Positions 1-9,130 of a DNA stretch of 64,000 bases are shown one piece after another. This stretch comes from Eledone cirrhosa (Eukaryota), in assembly GCA_964016885.1 (NCBI GenBank), contig OZ024743.1, positions 314,216,001 through 314,280,000 of the forward strand, written 5' to 3'. The first letter of the stretch is position 1; each line of letters starts with the position of its first letter. The notes beneath the pieces were generated by a model. It did not search any database, had not been told where the DNA came from, and saw only the letters and a program-made list of their open reading frames with translations. A program made the position numbers and the translations under genes.

Positions 1-780
1 GCAGTGGGAGTGCTGTGGTCTGTTGGTGCTGGGACGTGGCCAGAGGGCACATCAGCAGTCAGTGGAATGGTAGGGAGCGAGGATGGGTAGGTGTGAAAGT
101 TGGAGTGAGGAGGGTGTGTGTGTGTGTGTGTATTAGTAGGGGTGTTAGTGGGATGAGTGAGTGTGGAGCGAGGGTGTGGGTGGAGTGGGGGAGAGAAGGG
201 TGTGTGTGGTTCTATGGAGGGAGTGTGGTGTACTGGTGTGTGTGTAGTTTGATGAAGAGGTGTTAGTGGGTGTTAGTATACGGAAGGTGGGGAGAGGTTG
301 AATGCAGGTGTGAGTGGGGGTTAGTGGTGGTAGGGTGTGTAGAGTTGGTGGTGTACGAGGGTGTGTGGGTACGTGTGCGTGGGGTTGGGGGGTGTTAGTG
401 ATGTTAGTTGCGTGTGGGGTGGGTGGTGTAAGTGGGTGCGTGTGTTCGTGTGCTTGGGGTTAGGGGGTGTTAGTGAGGTTAGTTGCGGGGTAGTGGGATG
501 GAGGTGTGGGGGTGAGGGGTGTGGGGGTGAGGGTTAGTGGTGGTAGTAGGGTGTGTGTTTAGTGTGAGCGCGTGTATATATGTGCCGGTGGGTGTGTGCG
601 TGTGATAAGGAGGGGGAGGAGGAGAAGAGGGGAGGGAAGGGATGTTAGTATGTTAGTTGGGGAAGGGTGGTCAGATGAGGGGTGGAGCGGAGGTGTTAGT
701 ATTGTTAGTGTGGGGTGGGCGGTGAACAGGAGGGTTGTGTTAGTGGTGTTAGTGGGGGATAAGTGTGGGGGGGTCGAATG
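1..780. repeat. G/T-rich low-complexity tract (GTGTTAGT, GGGGT motifs) downstream of the minus-strand PLE endonuclease; probable PLE 3' tail
   Basis: Strong G/T skew, recurring gtgttagt; abuts the stop of the GIY-YIG fragment at 781. Confidence 0.6.
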
Positions 781-1050
781 CTAAAGGAATAAGGGTGGGG
801 AGTTCAGGCCGGGGGGAGTGTGGGTCTGTAAGATGAAGATAGTTCGTTGTTCGACCGTAAGGCGAGGGGCGGGTGTTCCGTGGCACTGGAGTAGGCCACA
901 GACTGAGATGGCGTGCGGAGTGTCCAGGGCCACCAAAGTGGCGGGCGATGGGGGAACTGCCCCCGAGACGAATATCCCGGAGGTGCTCCGTGACACGGTC
1001 CGCCAGGCGACGTCCCGTCCGTCCGACATAAGTCGCGCTGCACTCCGTGC
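781..1050 (-). pseudogene. Penelope-like element GIY-YIG endonuclease C-terminal fragment, frameshifted
   Basis: ORFs 749-1090 and 781-1029 join to CTECSATYVGRTGRRLADRVTEH...PIARHF...EQRTIFILQTHTPPGLN, matching the PLE endonuclease pattern YVG.T.R....R..EH...E...I..L.T..P.GLN; cut by (TA)n. Confidence 0.85.
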
Positions 1051-1083
<33 letters not shown>

Positions 1084-1084
1084 A

Positions 1085-1117
<33 letters not shown>

Positions 1118-1119
<2 letters not shown>

Positions 1120-1910
1120 TAAAATTATTCCTTCATCAGTGATCTTCCAACTTTCATTGGTATTTCATCGCTTTAAAAATCATATACCTCTAGTTGGTGC
1201 GAGCAATAACAAATAAAGTTATTGGGACAAGTAAAATAGGGTGAAACGAGCGAGATATGTAAACAAACAACGATGGTATGGCAACGGAAAGAGAGGAAGA
1301 GACAAGTACATGAAATCTGTAAGCTTAAGCTTGATGAATTCATGGGCGAGATATACAGAGCATCCGACAAGGGTGATATGTGAACGAGAAAAGGATTTCA
1401 CACAGGTCAAACGGGAGGAAGTGAGAGAGGGGGAGAAGCAGACAGTAAGTTAGTGGAAGTGTGAGGGAGAGACGAGCAGAGGGGGTAAAAAGAGGAGGTA
1501 GAGAATAAGAAAGAAACAGACAATCGCAGCTGAGGAAAAAATATAAATATGAGAAAAATGGAGCGCTGCGTGGTTGCACATGGGTTACACCCTTTTCTCG
1601 CTCACATATCACCCATGTCGGATGGTCTGTATCTCTCGCCCATGAATTCACCAAGATTAAGCTTACAGATTTCATGTGCTTGTCTCTTCCTCTCTTTCCG
1701 TTTTCATACCATCGTTGTCTGTTTACATGTCTCGCTCGTTTCACCCTATTTTACTTGTCCCAATAACTTTATTTGTTATTGCTCGCGCCAACTAGAGGTA
1801 TATGATTTTTAAAGCGATGAAATACAAATGAAATTTGGAAGATCACTGATGAAGGACTAATTTTATTCATATGTAACCCATGTGCAACTATGCAGCGGTC
1901 CATTTTTCTC
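1118..1910. repeat. Inverted pair of a pseudo-LTR-like repeat; same family tandemly repeated at 63385-64000
   Basis: 1118-1400 is the diverged reverse complement of about 1580-1870; shared gaggtatatgatttttaaagcgatgaaatac...cactgatgaagga with 63410-63470. Confidence 0.75.
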
Positions 1911-2327
1911 ATATATATATATATATCATATATTGGGTGGGTGTGTATGTTTGCGAAAGGCACTCAATGGCACACAATGTACCATATAATTGGCTGTGTT
2001 TCAAACCACTGCAAATTATACGGTTTCATGTGAGCATACACTATAACATTAAACAATAGTACCTACAAAGACACTTCATATATATTGATTTCAACAACCA
2101 TTTACACGGAAGCCTAACTGCTCGGTTTGTTATGTCGAAGTTGAGGTTCTTCACCTCCTCTTCAGCATTAGTCTCGTTCACCAACTCCACCCTCTCTCTC
2201 TCCCTACACACATACAAAAACACACACACGTAGGTATTACACATACACACACACACGCATACACACACACATACACACATATATGTATTTATATATGCAT
2301 ATATATATATAAATTTACCTGGGTGTT

Positions 2328-2370
<43 letters not shown>

Positions 2371-2419
2371 ATATTATATATATATATATGTATATATGTA
2401 TATACTATATGTATATGTA

Positions 2420-2471
<52 letters not shown>

Positions 2472-2479
<8 letters not shown>

Positions 2480-2810
2480 TTGGAATAAATGCTCTGAAAT
2501 AGCGATATATATGTGAATATAGACATAGAATATTCGAAAATATTCTGTATGTTTATAATAAACATTTTGAAGACCTAATCGCTATAGAATAGAATACGTC
2601 ACGTATTACAATTAGATTCTCGATAAAAGCAAGGGAAGTAATCTACGCGTTTCATTCTCGTTAGAAATCATCAGGACTACATATCCAGTGCTTTTATCGA
2701 GAATGACACAGCTAGAGACTTATAGAATACTTAGCTGTGTACAGGAACTGGTTTGAAAGAGCGGTTGCCGGTCCGGCAGAAATTAGAAATTGGAATAAAT
2801 GCTCTGAAAT
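2472..2810 (-). repeat. Inverted copy (about 1.1 units) of the 310-bp HHR repeat
   Basis: Reverse complement of the array unit, preceded by (TA)n. Confidence 0.92.
2638..2680 (-). ncRNA. Minimal type I hammerhead ribozyme (antisense copy)
   Basis: Reverse complement reads gtagtc-CTGATGA-tttctaacgagaat-GAAAC-GC-GTA-gattac. Confidence 0.85.
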
Positions 2811-3005
2811 ATGTTTATTATAAACATACAGAATATTTTCGAATATTCTATGTCTATATTCACATATATATCGCTATTTCAGAGCATTTATTCCAATTTC
2901 TAATTTCTGCCGGACCGGCAACCGCTCTTTCAAACCAGTTCCTGTACACAGCTAAGTATTCTATAAGTCTCTAGCTGTGTCATTCTCGATAAAAGCACTG
3001 GATAT

Positions 3006-3048
3006 GTAGTCCTGATGATTTCTAACGAGAATGAAACGCGTAGATTAC
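3006..3048 (+). ncRNA. Minimal type I hammerhead ribozyme, unit 1
   Basis: Stem I gtagtc/gattac, CTGATGA, stem II ttct-aacg-agaa, GAAAC-GC-GTA; predicted cleavage after 3042. Confidence 0.88.
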
Positions 3049-3315
3049 TTCCCTTGCTTTTATCGAGAATCTAATTGTAATACGTGACGTATTCTATTCT
3101 ATAGCGATTAGGTCTTCAAAATGTTTATTATAAACATACAGAATATTTTCGAATATTCTATGTCTATATTCACATATATATCGCTATTTCAGAGCATTTA
3201 TTCCAATTTCTAATTTCTGCCGGACCGGCAACCGCTCTTTCAAACCAGTTCCTGTACACAGCTAAGTATTCTATAAGTCTCTAGCTGTGTCATTCTCGAT
3301 AAAAGCACTGGATAT

Positions 3316-3358
3316 GTAGTCCTGATGATTTCTAACGAGAATGAAACGCGTAGATTAC
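3316..3358 (+). ncRNA. Minimal type I hammerhead ribozyme, unit 2
   Basis: Same sequence as 3006-3048, +310. Confidence 0.88.
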
Positions 3359-3625
3359 TTCCCTTGCTTTTATCGAGAATCTAATTGTAATACGTGACGT
3401 ATTCTATTCTATAGCGATTAGGTCTTCAAAATGTTTATTATAAACATACAGAATATTTTCGAATATTCTATGTCTATATTCACATATATATCGCTATTTC
3501 AGAGCATTTATTCCAATTTCTAATTTCTGCCGGACCGGCAACCGCTCTTTCAAACCAGTTCCTGTACACAGCTAAGTATTCTATAAGTCTCTAGCTGTGT
3601 CATTCTCGATAAAAGCACTGGATAT

Positions 3626-3668
3626 GTAGTCCTGATGATTTCTAACGAGAATGAAACGCGTAGATTAC
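3626..3668 (+). ncRNA. Minimal type I hammerhead ribozyme, unit 3
   Basis: Same sequence as 3006-3048, +620. Confidence 0.88.
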
Positions 3669-3935
3669 TTCCCTTGCTTTTATCGAGAATCTAATTGTAA
3701 TACGTGACGTATTCTATTCTATAGCGATTAGGTCTTCAAAATGTTTATTATAAACATACAGAATATTTTCGAATATTCTATGTCTATATTCACATATATA
3801 TCGCTATTTCAGAGCATTTATTCCAATTTCTAATTTCTGCCGGACCGGCAACCGCTCTTTCAAACCAGTTCCTGTACACAGCTAAGTATTCTATAAGTCT
3901 CTAGCTGTGTCATTCTCGATAAAAGCACTGGATAT

Positions 3936-3978
3936 GTAGTCCTGATGATTTCTAACGAGAATGAAACGCGTAGATTAC
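3936..3978 (+). ncRNA. Minimal type I hammerhead ribozyme, unit 4
   Basis: Same sequence as 3006-3048, +930. Confidence 0.88.
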
Positions 3979-4245
3979 TTCCCTTGCTTTTATCGAGAAT
4001 CTAATTGTAATACGTGACGTATTCTATTCTATAGCGATTAGGTCTTCAAAATGTTTATTATAAACATACAGAATATTTTCGAATATTCTATGTCTATATT
4101 CACATATATATCGCTATTTCAGAGCATTTATTCCAATTTCTAATTTCTGCCGGACCGGCAACCGCTCTTTCAAACCAGTTCCTGTACACAGCTAAGTATT
4201 CTATAAGTCTCTAGCTGTGTCATTCTCGATAAAAGCACTGGATAT

Positions 4246-4288
4246 GTAGTCCTGATGATTTCTAACGAGAATGAAACGCGTAGATTAC
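4246..4288 (+). ncRNA. Minimal type I hammerhead ribozyme, unit 5
   Basis: Same sequence as 3006-3048, +1240. Confidence 0.88.
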
Positions 4289-4555
4289 TTCCCTTGCTTT
4301 TATCGAGAATCTAATTGTAATACGTGACGTATTCTATTCTATAGCGATTAGGTCTTCAAAATGTTTATTATAAACATACAGAATATTTTCGAATATTCTA
4401 TGTCTATATTCACATATATATCGCTATTTCAGAGCATTTATTCCAATTTCTAATTTCTGCCGGACCGGCAACCGCTCTTTCAAACCAGTTCCTGTACACA
4501 GCTAAGTATTCTATAAGTCTCTAGCTGTGTCATTCTCGATAAAAGCACTGGATAT

Positions 4556-4598
4556 GTAGTCCTGATGATTTCTAACGAGAATGAAACGCGTAGATTAC
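4556..4598 (+). ncRNA. Minimal type I hammerhead ribozyme, unit 6
   Basis: Same sequence as 3006-3048, +1550. Confidence 0.88.
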
Positions 4599-4720
4599 TT
4601 CCCTTGCTTTTATCGAGAATCTAATTGTAATACGTGACGTATTCTATTCTATAGCGATTAGGTCTTCAAAATGTTTATTATAAACATACAGAATATTTTC
4701 GAATATTCTATGTCTATATT

Positions 4721-4766
<46 letters not shown>

Positions 4767-5437
4767 GATGTATACATACATACACACACGCACACACACA
4801 GACACAGACACACAGACCCACCCCATATATATATATGTATGGATGTATAAATACATACACACACGCACAGACACACATACCCCCCCCCATATATATATAT
4901 ATATATATACCCGCGAGCACGTATGTACAGTTCAGGTATATTGATTAGTAATCGAAAAGTTTACACAGAAACCTTACTCCTCCAACTTCTAATGTCAATT
5001 TCTTTACAGTTACGATGATATGAAACCCAGAAATAGAACGCCTCCACCCGTTAAGATCAATATTTGGTTTCAAGAATGATATATTGAAACTCATGAAATA
5101 TATAGTAGGGTGTATAATTCTCCTTTATTCAATATTTATCACAAACGACTTTGCAAAGATCTATTTAGAAGAAAATCAACATGGCGCAACATGGCGTAAG
5201 TTTGCAACTTGTTTTTTTTTTTAAATGTCTTTCCTTTCAATCTGATAAATGCATATCTTTTTGCTTGGACTTCCGTCGGTTCTGACGAGTGTTTCAATTG
5301 TTGATACAAGAGAACTGTCGGTTCGTGAAATTTATATATATAATGTTCCGCAGTCCTGAGAAGCGTGTAACCGTAACGCGTGTCTCAGATAGATCTAGCG
5401 TGGTCCTTTGAATAAAAGTACAAATATTTTCCTAACG

Positions 5438-5552
5438 AGTGGATTGGAGTAACCTAACATAAAGTGTCTTGCTCAAGAATAAAATGTTCCACCAAGAACC
5501 GAACTAAAGACACAATGGTTGTGAGTCGAATTATATAACCATTAAGCCATGC
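5438..5552 (-). mobile_element. Degraded tRNA-derived SINE head plus CORE-like domain
   Basis: aaagtgtcttgctcaag and aaccattaagccatgc match the SINE at 6752-7013. Confidence 0.65.
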
Positions 5553-6523
5553 TTTGTCACAATTGAAATATAAATTATACAGTATTGCTAGTCAAATAAT
5601 ATCGTTATATATAGAGTATGAGAAAAAAACATCTCACAATTTTATAATTGATATACAAGATTAATATACAAGCTTTGGTTCAACCGGAGCCTATTTTAAC
5701 TGAGACTTTGATCACGTCTGGGAATATATGGTTACTAAGCAAAGTCTCAATCTATGCGCCCACGCTGCGTCCAAACTCTTTTCTGTCAATCGCATTGATG
5801 AGATAAATTTTATATTAAATATATATTCCTTGAATTGTCAATTGATGATGCGTGGTAGATCTGAATGTCGAAATTAAATTTATAGACTACAATATTACCT
5901 TGAAAGACATGGGCGTATTTATTTAGTCGGGATTGTTGAATAGCTAACGAAAATATATAGATAACACTCATAAAAAAGTAAAAAAGAAGCGCGTAACATT
6001 TAAAAATTTCTTTGTAAAGTGGTGAAGTAGCGGAGTCGTTCTGACTTTGCGCTCTAGGTTAAATCCCATCAAGGTCAGTTTTCTTCTCTTCCTAAAATGA
6101 AATACAAGTGAATTGTCTCTATCGCTCTATCTGACTCCCCACGGGAAGAAATCATCAGTGAGAAAATCACGTGAGGGGTCTGCCCCACAAGGTTTAGAAC
6201 GTCCATGATGAGGTCTCGACTATTCCATCGGAAGTTCAGGAGCCGAAAATGATTAAATTGTTTGTATTGACAGTTTGCAACAAATATAATACAGGCTTTT
6301 ACAAAGGATTTTATATGTAAATGAGAATTGAAACTGTAAAATAAGTCTCCTGATCCTACACATATACAACAAACGTACACATACAAAAATACTAATATAG
6401 GCGACGATAGATTTCGATACGTAAAAATGTTGTCCAGTGTTTCGTCCCCTTGCTTCACACATTGGACAAATGTGAATGTATTTGTCTGTATATATGTATA
6501 TATATATATTATTATTATTATTA

Positions 6524-6716
6524 GGCGGTGGATCGACTGTAACGGTAGAGGGTCGGCCGCCATGCTTTTACGCATGGAGTTACGGCCTTTGCCCTTCTGA
6601 ATTCAAATCCTGCCGAGGTTAACTTTGCCTTTCATCCTTACCGGGTCGATAAAATAAAGTACCAGTAATGCACTGGTAAATTTATGGCCTTGTGTCAAAA
6701 GTAGAAACAATTATTA

Positions 6717-6750
<34 letters not shown>
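6524..6750 (+). mobile_element. tRNA-derived SINE with Meta-like central domain and (TTA)n tail
   Basis: B-box-like attcaaatcc, central gcctttcatccttaccgggtcgataaaataaagtacc, TTA repeats on both sides; further copy at 57457-57637, fragments at 7795-7965 and 41560-41662. Confidence 0.85.
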
Positions 6751-6751
<1 letters not shown>

Positions 6752-6754
<3 letters not shown>

Positions 6755-7013
6755 CACCTTGATCACCTTGACCGACCACTCAGTCGGGCGCCAATCGGCG
6801 CGCTGGTCACAGCACGTCGTGCTGTTTTAGCCATAAGATAACGCCATCCCACTGGCTGGGCGGGCAGGCCGGTACACATTTCTAAAGCTGAGTAAACTGG
6901 AGCAACGTGAAATAAAGTGTCTTACTCAAGGAAACAACACACCACCCGGTCCGAGAATTGAACTCACGACCTTTTGATTGCAAGCCCAATGCTTTAACCA
7001 CTAAGCCATGCGC
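6752..7013 (-). mobile_element. tRNA-derived SINE with CORE-like domain and a bipartite RTE-derived 3' part
   Basis: On the minus strand: A box tggcttagtgg, B box gttcaattc, ccttgagtaagacacttt; 6818-6875 matches the RTE 5' end (11991-12048) and 6752-6816 matches the RTE 3' end (9129-9176). Confidence 0.85.
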
Positions 7014-7026
7014 ATTGACAAGGTAT

Positions 7027-7069
7027 ACGTTGCTGACGATAACTAATAAGCTTGAAACTAGTACAGCGT
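7027..7069 (+). ncRNA. Minimal type I hammerhead ribozyme (one stem II substitution)
   Basis: acgttg-CTGACGA-taactaataagctt-GAAAC-TA-GTA-cagcgt. Confidence 0.75.
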
Positions 7070-7466
7070 TCCTTTGTCAGTGTTGAACAAATGAGCAACG
7101 ATGGTGACTAGACACTGTACGGCTTAATTCGGGATGTTTGTTTACAAACACACCGAGCATTATAATAAATGTTCGGTGAATCCATACGCACATATATATA
7201 TATATATATATGTGTGCATGTATGTATATATATTTATATACTACTTGACGTCTGTATACATATATGTATGTACGTATAAATACTTATATTTAAGTAACAG
7301 CCGTACTAAGAGTGAGAAATGAAATTTCGTTTCATTTTTTCCTTTTATCGTTTTCGGTACGCCCGGCCGATTAAGTCACTCGATATGCAAATTAGGCTTC
7401 TCGGTCGTTAATATGCATAAGGAAAGTATATACTTTCAGACGTTCAATCATCTGGCAGGAAGGTAT

Positions 7467-7509
7467 ACGTTGCTGACGATAGCTAATAAGCTTGAAACTA
7501 GTACAGCGT
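7467..7509 (+). ncRNA. Minimal type I hammerhead ribozyme
   Basis: acgttg-CTGACGA-t-agc-taataa-gct-t-GAAAC-TA-GTA-cagcgt; palindromic stem III ACTAGT. Confidence 0.85.
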
Positions 7510-7718
7510 TCCTTTGTCAGTGTTGAACAAATGAGCAATGATATTTGCTAGACACTGTACGGCTTAATTCGGGATGTTTGTTTACAAACACACCGAGTAT
7601 TATAATAAATGTTCGGTGAATCCATACGTACATATATATATGTGAGCATGTATGTATATATATATATATATACATACTACTGTACGTCTGTATTTTTATA
7701 TGTATGTACGTATAAATA

Positions 7719-7787
<69 letters not shown>

Positions 7788-7854
7788 ATTATTATTAAAT
7801 AAAGTACCAGTAATGCACTGGTTATTTGCTGGCCTTGTGCCTAAAGTTGAAACA

Positions 7855-7919
<65 letters not shown>

Positions 7920-8167
7920 GTACTGGGTAATTGCTGGCCTTGTGCCTAAAGTAGAAATAATTATCATTATTATTATTAGAAATGTAAGCTATCGTCGTAT
8001 TTTGATTAAAGAAATTAAAGAAATTATTTAGTTCTTAACCCGACTATTAGGCTACATAATTTCTTTAGTTAAAATACGGCGATAGCTTACATTTCTAATA
8101 ATTTCAAACCCACTTGCTGTTTCGAAAATATTCTTACTTGATAATATATATATATATATATATATGT

Positions 8168-8232
<65 letters not shown>

Positions 8233-8627
8233 AGCAGGGCTCTGATGAAACACAACGATAAACCACTCGTCGCATATCACTGAATAGAAACAGCGTGAGT
8301 AATGTTTATTCATGTAACTTTCTGTTCATGAATTAGCTGTCTGATGAGGTCGTTAGAGTTACATAACTTTTGCCATCGAAATATATATAAGCCCGATTTT
8401 GTAACAAATAAATGAAATGAATTTTAACCGACTGCCTTCTATTTTATTGTTATACCATTAAACAGGATTACACAGACCTACATGTATACTACATTGAGTG
8501 CCCTATCCTGCGTACACTAGAGTCGCTCGAAGAAACAACAAAAAACATAACAAGTATATATACATATATTCACATATACACAAACATACACACACACACA
8601 CACACATATGTATATATGTATTTATTA

Positions 8628-8676
<49 letters not shown>

Positions 8677-8783
8677 TATTTTCCGTTGTGTTGTAATATA
8701 AATATTACACACAGTAGATTATCAGCTCACGTAGAGTTTGCTCGACGGTTCCAGTTGTAGTTCCAAAAGTAATCCGGAGAAAA

Positions 8784-9084
8784 ATAGAAAGATTTGAATG
8801 GATACAGTTTAGTTGAAAGGAATTTATTGACACGTGTTTCTATAACAGTTACATAACCTAAAACAGCTATCTACAAACTTTTAGTTATGCAGACCTTCAA
8901 TATTTCAATGTTATTATTTACTGTCATTTCATCAGAATCTGATGAAATGACAGTAAATAATAACATTGAAATATTGAATGTCTGCATAACTAAAAGTTTG
9001 TAGATAGCTGTTTTAGGTTATGTAACTGTTATAGAAACACGTGTCAATAAATTCCTTTCAACTAAACTGTATCCATTCAAATCT

Positions 9085-9090
<6 letters not shown>
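8784..9090. repeat. Near-perfect 307-bp palindrome centred at 8937, each arm holding an HHR core with a long stem II
   Basis: tcaga-a-tctga centre; CTGATGA at 8939, atgacagt/actgttat stem, GAAAC-ACGT-GTC at 9034-9045. Confidence 0.85.

Positions 9091-9128
<38 letters not shown>

Positions 9129-9130
<2 letters not shown>

Larger units (their letters stand above)
2811..4730 (+). repeat. 310-bp tandem array (about 6.2 apparently identical units), one HHR per unit; retrozyme / PLE pseudo-LTR multimer
   Basis: Units start at 2811, 3121, 3431, 3741, 4051, 4361 and 4671 (partial); ends in (TA)n. Confidence 0.93.
7021..7720 (+). repeat. 440-bp tandem repeat (about 1.6 units) carrying two HHRs
   Basis: aggtatacgttgctgacgat at 7021 and 7461; dispersed copy at about 62820-63135. 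Confidence 0.85.

Noticed and set aside
310-545. Interstitial telomere
   Set aside because: Only isolated GGGTTAG motifs, no tandem TTAGGG
1843-1890. Intact HHR at cactgatgaagga (also 1130, 63460)
   Set aside because: CTGATGA is present but the second box reads GTAAC and the cleavage triplet is GTG; at best a decayed remnant
2811-4730. CRISPR array, or rDNA/snRNA tandem genes
   Set aside because: No variable spacers, no cas genes and no recognisable rRNA/snRNA or Pol III boxes; the HHR explains the unit
6075-6575. 166-aa ORF as a host exon
   Set aside because: Starts inside a SINE, crosses microsatellites and has no recognisable domain
6940-7013. tRNA gene
   Set aside because: A and B boxes belong to a SINE head; no convincing cloverleaf or oligo-T terminator
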